NCBI GenBank assembly: GCA_010405405.1
Contig: MU004238.1
Span: forward strand, 73,530-137,529
DNA length: 64,000 nucleotides
DNA from: Microthyrium microscopicum
Taxonomy: Eukaryota
Direction of reading: 5' to 3'
The position numbers and the translations under genes are program-made. This document shows positions 11,633 through 23,352 of the stretch, piece after piece (within the stretch, counting starts at the first letter, position 1; each line of letters begins with the position of its first letter). The notes below the pieces were generated by a model. The model was not told the DNA's origin and did no database searches. It saw only the letters and a program-made list of their open reading frames with translations.

Positions 11633-12892
11633 TCAACTCTTTGCCTTAGGAACAACTTTCAGCGAAAAGTCTACATACCCAACTCCCTGATGTATACTAC
11701 TCGTACTCACGATATCCACATCACTGCTCACAAACCCTTCCACATTCTCCTCGGTCAACCCGCCACTCACCTCGACTAGTACCCTACCTCCCCATCTTTC
11801 CTTCAAACTCTTCGCTGCAACCTTCACACCTTCTCCCGTGAAGTTGTCCAACATCACGATATCTGCGCCAGCTTCCGCCGCCTCATTGGCCTCCTCCAAA
11901 CTCTGACATTCAACTTCAACCTTCACGCTGAACCCACCGGCAGCTTTGGCAGCTTTCACGGCTCGTGTGATGGAGCCGGATGCCCAGATGTGGTTGTCTT
12001 TCAGCATCGTCATTTGGCTGAGGTCATGTCGATGTGGATCGACGCCGCCGATTAGCATACCGTATTTTTCCACCAGACGGAAGCCCGGGGTCGTTTTGCG
12101 GGTGCCGGCGAGGGTATTGGGGTAGCCTGCTGCTCGCAGGAGGGTGAGGAGACGGTTGGACTTTGTGGCGATGCCAGAGCAGCGGGCGAGTGTGTTGAGA
12201 GCAACGCGCTCGCCGAGAAGTAGGTTGCGTACTGGGCCGCGGACAGTGGCGACGTGGGCTTTACCATTGGATGTGGATGGATCGATGAGGGTGCCTTCTT
12301 TGATGTGCCATTCGACTCTGTAATTGTCAGCACGGTCATCTAGGGAGGAAACTAAGAAAGGGAATTGATGATGGAGGCAATGGGCATTCTGTCGTGGCTG
12401 AGGCGATAATAAGCAGCAAGTATTGCATCCATGGCAGACACAACTGAAAAATATCATGAACCCCTAAGGCTGTAGCTGCGCATCATGTCCATCTCAACGC
12501 AAACCGTTTGATAGACAGATGCTCATCGAACGATATATGCACATCGCGTTGCCAAAAGCCAAAACACCCATACCAAGATCATCATCAAACAAGCTCTTCT
12601 TCAATTTGATCCACTCCGCCTGACAGGGCATAAGAGAAAGCCATAAGGCTGAGCCTCAAACATACCTACAGTCCAACTGCTTAAACACCTCATCGAAAAA
12701 CGGCACACCCGCCAAAATTCCCTTGCTCTTTCCCAAAAGTTTCGCCTCCGCAGGGTCATCGCCAACTACAAAGCCGCCATAGTCGAATGCTGGCGCGTCT
12801 TCTTCGAGCCAGGCAGCCACGGTGCGCTTGTAGCCGGATGGAAGTAGGTGGGCGAGGTTGCCGTGGGCTGGAGCGCCTTCTTGTACTGCCAT
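11633..12892 (-). CDS. BNA6: Nicotinate-nucleotide pyrophosphorylase (quinolinate phosphoribosyltransferase)
   Basis: [40 protein letters not shown] and IVMLDN motifs. Two exons, with intron 12318-12665. Confidence 0.96.
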
Positions 12893-13419
12893 ATCTTTGT
12901 GTTTTATGCTTTCGGGTGGTTTATGATTTTGAAAGATTTGAGGTAGAAAGTGGTGTGGAAAGTCTTCATATAAAAAAGTGAATGGGTAGAATCGGATGTT
13001 GGTTGGTCACATGTGGAGTTTATACATTTCAGAACTGGTAGAAGGAGGAGCGAGGTCGGCTTAGAGGTAGGCTACCATCAACTCAGTTTGAAGTGTTCCC
13101 TGGGTCTGTCATTGTGCTTTATATTGAACAGAAAGCTGATGTGCCCTTTAATTAAAGTCTTCAATTCAAGCCTGAATGGACAATTGCGGGAGTCAAGACG
13201 GTTATGGACAATTTGAAAACTAAAAGGAGTGAAATGAAGAAAGATAGATATCATGTGGGCAGTAATGCTGCGATTATAGGTACAAACAGCGATGACTTCT
13301 ATAAGTCTTCCCGAACCTTGTCATAACTCCGCCAGTTCAGATCATGATACCTAGACTCCTAAACGCATTGCACTGATAGCAGCGAACCTCAAACGCCAAA
13401 GAATAAACTGCATGAAGAC

Positions 13420-15097
13420 TTATGCCTTACTCTTCTTCTTCTTTTTCTTTTCGCCAGCGTCCTCTCCATCCTCAGTCTTCCGCTTCTTTTCCTTCTTCTC
13501 CTTCTTTCGGACTGCCATGTCAACATCCATAGCATCACCACTCTTGTCCTTCTTCTTTTCTTTCTTGGACTTTTCCTTTCGCATCTTCTGCTCTGTGGCT
13601 TGGGATGTGACACCGTCGGCCACTTGATCATCCATTTCTTCATCGCTGGCAGCTCCAGCAGTTGGATCGACATCCATAGCAGTCTCTGCCAAAACCTTGT
13701 CCATGGCGTCTTTCATAGCAACCTCGTTCTTGGTGGGTGTGGCGCCCTCAGCATAGAACTGAATTCGTTCTTCAACTTGCGAGCGCAGAGCTTCTCCAAA
13801 TTTGGTTGAGGGAGCAGTGGAGAAGTTGTCTATTCTTGAAGCTATGGAGCACTTGTTGGCCAAGAATCGCGATATTCTACCTTTGTTACGAGCACCAGCT
13901 TTAGAGATGAAGGAGGAGTTGTAGATCAACCCGTATTTTGGTGTCTTGCCCTTGGTCTTGAGAGCGCGGAAAAGCGCCTTTTCAGCACCGAGAATCTGGA
14001 CGGTACTGGCAGGGAACTTGCATAGGTTTTGTAAGCTTCCAGCTTTGGAAATGAGTCTAGCAGCCACACTGTCACCAATCAAGGTGGCGAGATTTGGAGC
14101 GACTACGCCCATTTTACGCGAGAGATAGTTAGAGATGAGACTTCGGCATTCGGCGAGTTTGACGGTTCGTTGAGCAAAGCTTGCGACGTGCTCCATGTCG
14201 CTTTCTGAGATATCTCGTCCCATGCTAACTTTGGACGCTTCAATGATGGCTGTTGCGATACTTTCGTCGTCATTCACTAGTGCGGCGAGATCGTGAAGTT
14301 TGCTGTCGTTGAGGCTCTTTTTGTCTCCGATAAACATAACTAGGCGAGCGTAGGTGATGTTATCTGAAACCAGCTTGATCAACTCGGGGAAATGCCACGA
14401 GTACCATTCTCTCACGCGCATGGCGAATGTGTTAACAGCCTTATCGAGGTGATCTAGAGTTGCGATAGCTTGGATGACGTGGTTGTCGTTCTTTTGTACG
14501 CTAAACTTGACTTTAGCTCTGGAGTAGGCGTGACCGAGACCAAGCTGTGCGCGTGAAACATCTCCTTCCTGAAGTTGCTTAAGAAGCTTTTCTGAATGTT
14601 GTCTAACTCCGCGCAAGAGGTCGCCGGCTACCTCACTAGTCTCGGGGGTTTCGCAATCGATGTAGGGGAAGAATTCTTTGATATTGCTTGCAAGGTTCTT
14701 GTCGGCAACAGCGAGGACCACGCTTTTCTTAGAAGATTTCGGAAGGGAGGTTTCGATGACGGTTTTCAAGTAGTTTGAGGCGATACCTTCGGAAACGTCG
14801 TCTGAGAAATTGTGTTAATTGCTGTCGAGGAATATCCCCAAGACTAGCTTACTTATATTCTGTAACGCCTGGCTGGCTCCTTGGAATGGTGCGAAGGTGA
14901 CTATCGAGACCATTTTGCCGAAGGTGTCAAGCTTTTGCGCCTTATCTCGGACCTCCTTAAGACGACTTCCAATAGTGTCTGCTTGAATAGCTACCGCGAA
15001 GATCTAGGGGGAATATTAGAGATATTTTTTGATGGCACAGTACTCGACATACAGCATATCCAGCACTGCTCTCATGGAGCAAATAGTCGATAGACAT
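13420..15097 (-). CDS. NOP56: Box C/D snoRNP core protein Nop56
   Basis: LGLGHAYSRAKVKFSVQKNDNHVIQAI, REWYSWHFPEL, QILGAEKALFRALK, KKE-rich tail. Introns 15004-15052 and 14802-14852. Confidence 0.96.
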
Positions 15098-15501
15098 AAT
15101 GACTATCTATCTTGAACTTGACAAAGCTCGTTTGCGAGCAATATAGTGGTGGTGAGCGCGAGGTTGTTTCTGTCGCAAAATAAGTTGCGGGCTGGGAAGC
15201 TTTGCAAGTTTTGAGCAGCAAAAGATTTGGTGGGGAGAAAAAACCTGCCAGCTTGGAACAGTACCACTCGGTATTAGTTCGGTCTGGGCGCTTAGATCCA
15301 GCAAGGCCCCGCTAGTGTACAAGACGCGCGGTAAAACAGCTAGCATCAGGGATCCCTGTCTGTTGCCCCTCTGCCATTTTTGAAGCAAAGCAACACTGCC
15401 TGAAAAATTGCTGAGAAAGCTATCTCATACATCATCTTCAAATATCAGGACAAGTCGACACAAGACTTGGCTTTCTTTTACTACATACTCTCACCCTCAT
15501 C
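15098..15501. promoter_or_regulatory. Bidirectional promoter region NOP56/CCT6
   Basis: ~400 bp between divergent ATGs. RRPE-like TGAAAAATT at 15401-15409. Confidence 0.5.
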
Positions 15502-17554
15502 ATGTCTGCCGCTCAACTACTCAACCCAAAGGCCGAATCTCGGGTAAGCCAATTCGTGGGAATCCGGTTCGCGAACGCTAAACATGTGTAGCGGAGAGGT
15601 GAAGCCTTGCAGGTCAACATTGCTGCTGGAGAAGGCTTGAAGCAGGTATTGGCTTCCAATCTTGGACCCACCGGTACCTTAAAGATGTATGTTGTCCTAC
15701 TGATTGCCCTCCTACATCTGCTAATCAGATGTTCCTTTAGGCTGGTTGATGGTGCTGGCGGTGTACGCGTTCCTTGACTTTGTGCGCCTCGCCTTCACTA
15801 ATTGAAACTAGATCAAATTGACCAAAGATGGCAGTGTGTTATTGAAGGAAATGGTAGGTTTTTCTATATGCGCTTGGAGATCGCAAACTGACAGAAAAAC
15901 AGCAAATCCAAAACCCCACCGCCGTAAGCCTTCAATCGCGATCCTTTTCGAGAAACTCCCACTCATGATTAATGCAGGTTATGATAGCAAGAGCGGCAAG
16001 TGCGCAAGATGATATCACGGGAGATGGGACCACCTCTGTTGTTCTCTTAGTAGGAGAATTACTCAAGCAAGCCGATCGCTATATTTCGGAAGGCCTACAT
16101 CCACGCGTAATAACAGATGGTTATGAACTAGCAAAGGATGAAGCGCTCAAGGTCCGCAGAGGATGTAGCTCAAAGGATGACCAACTGACATGCTGCAGTT
16201 CCTCGATACCTTCAAGCTCAAGCGCGAAGTCGACCGCGAATTGCTCCTGTCCGTTGCACGAACCTCCCTCAGTACAAAACTCGAGTCTTCTCTCGCCGAG
16301 AAATTAACGCCAGACATTACCGATGCCGTGCTCTCAATCTACCAACCTCCTGCCAAACCAGATCTCTTTATGGTCGAAATAATGACCATGCAACATCGAA
16401 CCGCCGCCGATACACAGCTCATTCGTGGACTAGCTCTAGATCACGGTGCTCGCCACCCCGACATGCCCAAGCGTGTCGAAAACGCATTTGTCCTCACCTT
16501 GAACGTCAGTCTCGAATACGAGAAGTCGGAAATCAACTCTGGGTTCTACTACTCAAGCGCCGAGCAGCGTGATAAGCTTGTTGAAAGTGAGCGCCGTCAC
16601 GTTGATGCGAAAGTGCGCAAAATTGTCGAACTCAAGAAGGATGTATGTGGAGACGACCCAAAGAAGGGATTCGTCGTTGTCAATCAGAAGGGTATCGATC
16701 CCCTCGCTCTGGACATTTTAGCCAAGAACGGCATATTTGCCCTCCGTCGTGCAAAGCGCCGCAACATGGAACGTCTTCAACTCGTGTGTGGGGGTTCGTC
16801 GCAGAACAGCGTGGACGATATGGACGAGTCAGTGCTAGGCTGGGCAGGTCTTGTGTACGAGCAGCAGCTTGGCGAGGAGAAGTACACCTTCATCGTACGT
16901 CACTCTGATCTATACCCTATCATTTCTTGTTCTTTTCTCTCTAACCTGTGATTATAGGAAGACGTCAAAGAGGCCAAATCAGTCACCCTCCTCATCAAAG
17001 GCCCCAACGCGCACACAATAACTCAAATCAAAGATGCCGTTCGCGATGGTCTCCGCTCAGTTTACAACATGATCGTCGATGGTTCTGTTGTCCCCGGTGC
17101 CGGCGCCTTTCAAGTCGCTTGTGCCGCACATTTGCAATCCGAGGCCTTTCGTCGCACGGTCAAGGGCAAGGCTTCTTCTGGTGTCCGCGCCTTTGCTGAT
17201 GCACTGTTGATCATCCCCAAGACACTTGCTGCGAATGCTGGCTTGGATATTCAGGATGCTTGTAAGTTTCCGTTCCGTAGGAGCGCTAATTTAAAGTCTC
17301 GTTTAATTAACTGTATGATAGTGGCCAAGCTACAAGACGAACAAGCAGAAGGAATCAACGCTGGTCTCGATTTGACGACAGGCGAACCCATGGATCCAGT
17401 CCAGGCGGGTGTGTATGATAGCTTCCGTGTGTTGAGGAATTGTGTGGCATCAAGTACAGCCATTGCGTCGAACTTGTTGCTCTGTGATGAGATGCTCAAG
17501 GCTAGACATATGGGACGACAAGCTGGCCCAGGCGGCGAGCAAGAGGACATGTAA
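15502..17554 (+). CDS. CCT6: T-complex protein 1 subunit zeta (CCT chaperonin)
   Basis: [12 protein letters not shown].., [43 protein letters not shown]. About 8 short introns, including two 21-22 nt micro-exons. Confidence 0.96.
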
Positions 17555-17788
17555 AGCACCGTAGACGAAAAAGAAAATGACAATGTGTAATATCAAGCAT
17601 AGATAGAGAACGCGAAATGCCAAATACCCCAAGTTAGTCTTGTAAACATTGATGGTACATAGTAGTGTTCTATGAATGTGAGTGTTATATTCGGGGGTAT
17701 CATCAAAAACGCCATATCATCATTTAGTCCAACCTCCTCCACCACGGTCATTCCATCTGGTATGTTATGTATAGCTGCAGACCCTCTT

Positions 17789-19409
17789 TCAAGTAAACGC
17801 AGGCCTATTCGCCCCCGGCGGCTCAAAGATCTTCTCCCACCTCCTCTCGCCTGGCTTATACTCATTCTTGAGCGCCAGCAAAAACGGAAACCCACACCAG
17901 CCGCCTGGCGTCGCTTGTCGCTGCACTGTCTCCCAGCGGCCGAATTGCGGTATGTCCGCGATCCCAAACTTTTGGTCTTTGGGCGGTGGTCGTGCGGGCG
18001 CCTGATACGTCCACTCGCGCCTCGAAATTGTCCGCCCGACTGGATCGTTCCTCCGCACTGCAGCCCACGGCTGCCTTAATAGCCATCCGATGAGCATATG
18101 AGGCACGGTAAACAAGCGCTCAAAGCGGCGCGTGAACTCGAGCCATGAAAAAGTATTTGCGTCGTAAGCAGTCCGAATATACGGATTCACAAAGATACGC
18201 GCCTGCGTGCCAAGATGGCTATCCGTCACCAGCGCTTCAAGATCAGCGTGGATTAAACAGCATTCACTCGCATCCCAAAAAGCATCTGGCTCACTTCGAA
18301 ATCGTAGTGCTTTTAGTTCGCGCTCTGGTTTCTGCGGGAGATCTTGTTGGCGGAACCATTTTGCTTCAAAGGCGACCATGCCGCCCCAGCAGGACTTTAC
18401 GCGCACGCTGTCGCTCATGGCCATGACGTCGTGGAATGAGTCTGCATTGCGGCCGCCGTTGACGAACCAGGGGAAAAAGGGCAGGCCGGCTTCGTAGTAT
18501 TCGTGGTCGCGCATGGCGAAGCGGTCGTAGAATTTCAGGGGATTGATGTAATCCATGGCGCAGGCGGCGTGGTAGGTTGTGCGGCCGGTGGTGGAGACGC
18601 CGGTGGCGAAGAGCAGGTCGGCGGCATCGCGCGGGGAGAAGACGACGTCGTTGAGGAAGAGAAGTTTGTCGAATTTGGTGATGGTTGATGTGGAAGTTGT
18701 GGCGTTTGTATATTCTATTGGTTCGATGGCGTGGTTCCGGACTTGAGCAAGGTAGGATAGGCGTTTTATTCGTGAGTCGTTGGGAAGGATTTGGATTCGT
18801 GGGAATTTGTCGAGATCGATGTGGCCGGATATTATGTTTGAGCGACCTGAGATACTATTAGATATGATTGGGATCAGGGGGTGTTGTGTACCTACATTTC
18901 ACTACGGCGGATAGTTCATGGAGAGCGTTTTTCACGCCATCTCCACTATCATTCTCGTATATACTTAGATATACGTTGTCAGGCCCTATCAGCTCGACCA
19001 GATTCTTGACAGCGTTCCCCCATGGTCCTCGTATCATATCTTCATCAATGATATTTGCAGCAATGAACACCTTTTCATTATGTGGATTATTCCCCTTATA
19101 GTGAGCCGGCCGTATCGAATATGAAGGATTGAAGATAGGAGTAATAAAAAGTAGCATCAAGCTAGCGATAAAGAAGAAGAGTATGCATCGAACAATCAGT
19201 CGTTTCCAGCGTCCCCGGCCGAGGCCACAAAGTCTCGTAGGATTGAGGCATAGGTAGTATATTATGGAGCGTGGTGTGACCGGCGGTCTAGGCGGTGGCT
19301 TCTCATGACCTTCTTCAAGCTCAAAGGACTCCAGCAATGGCTCCTCGGCGTGGTCATGGGCGAGGTCGCCGACTGGTTGGTAGTCACGATGACGGTTTCG
19401 GGAAAACAT
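17789..19409 (-). CDS. CAP59/GT69-family (cryptococcal mannosyltransferase-like) glycosyltransferase
   Basis: Type II TM, then EKVFIAAN, NVYLSIYENDSGD, KRLSYLAQVRN, FLNDV, KFYDRFAMRD, VKSCWGGM, ASECCLIHADL. Intron 18847-18895. Confidence 0.9.
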
Positions 19410-20634
19410 GTTGGTGAGAGCGCGATGGACAGCGCGTGCTGGCAAACGACATTTGGGGTCCAGTGTCTGTTGGAGCCTAGAGATTACGAGAAATAAAAGT
19501 ATGCTCTGGAGAAGGCGGTAGAGTGTGATGGGAAGCGAGGATGTTAGGTGGCAGTAGAATATGATATCCGAGATGAGACAGCCCTGTCAACGACTTGCTT
19601 GCAGTTGTGGTTGGATCCACAAACGTGGTAATCAGCCTTGACCTATTTTGGTAAGGCGCCTTTCTGTGCATCTGTAGGCAAGGCTGAACAAATACCTGCA
19701 CTTTTCTCCTTTTTCAATGTTCATCAATGCTTCATGAATTCTGATAAATATCAAAGGTAGTGTATGTGTTGGTAGATGGTAGATGTATGGCTGCCTTTGT
19801 TCACTTCGAACATTTTCCACAGCAATTTCAAAGAAAATCCGCTCAGATTCTTGCTTTTCAGGTTAGAAGGAAATCTGATAATCGAATCAAGAATCACCAT
19901 CAAAACACGGAGCAAAAGTAGTAAAGACATCAAGTAAAAGTCTTCAAAGAGTTCATTCAGTGCCGTTAAGCAGCCAACTAGAGGCTGCGCAGTGATATCA
20001 TATGTTGTAGAAGAAAGAAATAACACACTCTGTTGTAGAGTATATAATGAGGAACACATCAAGTTTTTGACAGAAAGTTCGGTGGTTGTTTGAGAGTACG
20101 GGTACAACTTGAGCTACAAATCAAAAAATAACAACAAAAACAATCCTTTCATCGTGATAGAAAGGTATTTCCAAATCCTAACACACGCAACATAGAAACT
20201 TGTCGAAAGGACAAGAAAAACCCCTTCAAAGTCCAGTTCTGTTTGACCCTGAAAACCGATCTTCCTGATCTTGGAAAAACAACAGGTAATAAACGCCTTT
20301 TCTCCTCTGATAAAACTTCCGCACTTTGCCGTATCCGTCGGAATCAAGGTCGTAACATCAAATGCATCAATGCCTTTGCAGAGCATGTTGGGTTTCAAAA
20401 AGGGGGAAGCACCACACCCTGGGTGTCCAAAGAAGGGTATTAGAAGAGATAAAAGTTTGTGGAAGTTCAACTCCGGTAAAATGAGAATTTCCCAAAATCA
20501 GATAGAAGTCATACAAGCCTTCCGTGACAAAGAAGGCCCGAGACAAGTGACTCGCAGCTTGAACAATATGTGAAAACAGTAGGAGCATGAACGGCTCCCA
20601 TATATGTACAAATGTGGAACAAAATTGGGTCCTT

Positions 20635-22492
20635 TTACATTTGACTGTTGTCGTTGAGGTTGGCGGGATCTAAGAAGGCAACAGGGCCAGGAGATTGGTT
20701 GTGTTGCTCGTCCATCATCATACCGGTAGGACGCATGGGTAGAGTCATGACAGGTTGCTTAGTTTCCCATTCGAAGGATTGTAGGTTAAGACCATCTTCG
20801 CTGATCATGGCGCCGTCGTGTCCGATGTGATAGAGTTCAGACTCGCCAGGCCCATGGCCAAGAGACGTGAGAGGTGGTGACTGGTTGGCGATGACTGGAT
20901 CTGAGCCATTCATGTGGTTCATGTTCATTTGAGGTCCGGCTGTTGAATCTGGCATGGGTGACATGAGAGATAGTGAGAACGGAGTGGCCATATCTGAGGT
21001 AGCAACACTTTCAGGTCCTGGTGCCGAAGAGAAGAAAGCGGGTGTGCCAAAGTCTGATGGGCTTGGGGCTGTGGTTGCACTCATTGGATATTGCCCATTG
21101 AGAGAGAATGAAGCAGAGGTATCAATAGTCAACGGCATGGGAGTCTGCTGATGAACACCATGTTGGCTGTACATGGGAATTGGGGCAATCATGTCATGAC
21201 CGTTATGATGGAAAGGAGATGGAGCGGGAGGAGCTAGGAAGGATGGCATCGGGTGTCTTAGCATGGACCAATCGATAGCGACAGGTACGGAACGACTACG
21301 CTGTCGCTTGTGTCCTCGGGGGGGTTGTAGACCAGCTTCTAGGCCGACCGGCGTTCCGTGGAAAACATTGAGCTGGCTATCATCGATAAAGTGGTTAGGT
21401 TGAGATGCTGGACGATGTACAATTGGAGTGACCATAGCGGGAGATTGGGGTGGGCCCATGTTGCGAGAATGCATGGCGAGCTTTGGGTCCTGAGGAAGGC
21501 CAAACGCATCTCTGCGATGACGGTTCTGATATGGTTCGAGCTGAACGAGTCTCGCAAGTTGTCCAGAAAGGACCTTTCCTTGACCACCAAGGTAGTGATG
21601 GAAAACTTTGGAAGCCTGTTGGTCCTCGGTAAAGTCGCCAACTTCGTAGAAACCACCAGAGCCCGAGGAATCCATGTAAAAGTGTGGAGGGCGAAGTAAT
21701 TCGACAATCAAACCACCAGATTGTTGAGAAGCACCCTCGGCACTGCTAGCAGGATCACCATTGTCCAAAGTGATGTTCTTGATGTAGCTGAAAGGATATT
21801 CGATCTTGTAACCCGCAGAGTCATTGTTAATGTAGTAGGTAACAGTTTCCTTTTCTGGAGAATAGAAGACTACCAGATCCATGGCGCTTTGTCCAATTCG
21901 TCGCCAGGACCCAACGGTCAAAGATCGACAGGTGAAATGATGAATGACTAGGAATGGTAAGCTTTGTTCACACGGGACTTGACAGCAGAATGCACATACC
22001 AACTTTGCTAGAGGGACTATCAAAAGCGCCGAGATGCATGTTTCCGGCACCGAATCTAGGCATGATAAAGTCCCGACCAAGTGACTTGCCAGTCTCGAGA
22101 GCCTGCATTGCAAGGTATCTCCGCATAGACTCGGGAATGTCGTTGGTATCTTCGCCATTTTCAATACTCTTCTTGACTAGATTCTTGATTTTCGCCCGTC
22201 GATTTTGAAACCAGATCTGGACCGAGCGCTCGGTCATGTTGATTTCCGAGGCTATCCGTTCTCTTACGACAGCAGTGGGAGTTGGATTCTTCTCAAACTC
22301 TATTTCTAGAAGAACGAGTTGATCCTGGGTAGCACGCTGACGCTTCTGGTTCTTTTGTTGTTGTGTCAGGGTACTCTTTCGGGTTGGTCGACGCGCAGAG
22401 CCAGAAGTAGGAGACATGGAAGCTGTCGGTGTGTCAGGAGCGGAGGTGGATGTGGTGAAATCCGCATTGGCGGATGGTGCTGGTGAAGCCAT
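20635..22492 (-). CDS. Homeobox transcription factor (Pah1/PHO2-like fungal type)
   Basis: Homeodomain KRQRATQDQLVLLEIEFEKNPTP..MTERSVQIWFQNRRAKIK, followed by the HHFTCRSLTVGSWRR domain. Intron 21948-21999. Confidence 0.93.
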
Positions 22493-23352
22493 GGCGTATA
22501 GCGATGTGCTTTCCAAGCAGATGTTTGTTCCGGGTAGGACCTATGTAGCGCAAGCCTAGGTATGAGAGTCAAGAGACTCTATATCCTCGTGATGGGTTGA
22601 GGAGAAGGGGCTGTGATCAGCGCTGACGAAGAGGCTGTTTGAGGGATAACCCAATGGTAAGGAGGGGACAATGGATAGGCACCGGCCTAAAGGAGAGTGT
22701 TGAATCAAATAGCGAGCTATCTGGCAGCGGGCACTTGAATCGGATCGACCGAAAGCGAATCTCAAAAATAAGGAAAGTAAGTAGTTGTGTGGACTAAGGA
22801 CAGTAGATTGAGTTGGACAAAGGAAGGAATCTTGGTGGGATCGTAGACTTTGAAAAGGAGTGACGAAGCAAAAGGCCGTTGGGGCAAAGGAGTGTGTAAA
22901 AAAACAGAAAAGACAAAGGAGTGTGGTGGGCAAGCTCTAAATGAGTACCCGAAGCAAAGATGGACCGGACAAGAAAGGTGAAGTAGTTGGAAGTGGAACA
23001 AAAGTGGTGAAGAAGAGAAGAGGAGGAGAAGAAGGATGACCACGGGACTGACGGGAAAGAGAGTATGGACAGCGCTGATTGAGTGGTAGGGCAAGAGCGA
23101 CTGGCGGAGGATCAGACCGGGAAGGGACGAGGGAGAAGTGGGCAAGAACAGGCGCCGGCTTGGTCCTGGTTGGGGGAAGGAGCAGCCAGGCTCTGAGGGT
23201 CGCTCCTGCTCTTGCTCTTGCAGCGCAGACTCCGTAGAGCCCACTGCCCACTGCCCAGCAGGTTAGTGGTCCACACCCGGCAGGTGCAGCAGGAGCACTG
23301 GAGAAAGTGTAGGGGTAGACAGACAGATGGGCGGTCTGGTGTGGGTCGTGCC

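Noticed and set aside
12570..12590. Box C-like TGATGA in the BNA6 intron
   Set aside because: The only CTGA is the branch site ~240 nt away, a poor fit for a C/D snoRNA.
22556..23251. Overlapping Leu/Phe/Pro/Ser-rich minus-strand ORFs
   Set aside because: Products of the pyrimidine-rich 5' leader of the homeobox gene; non-ATG starts.
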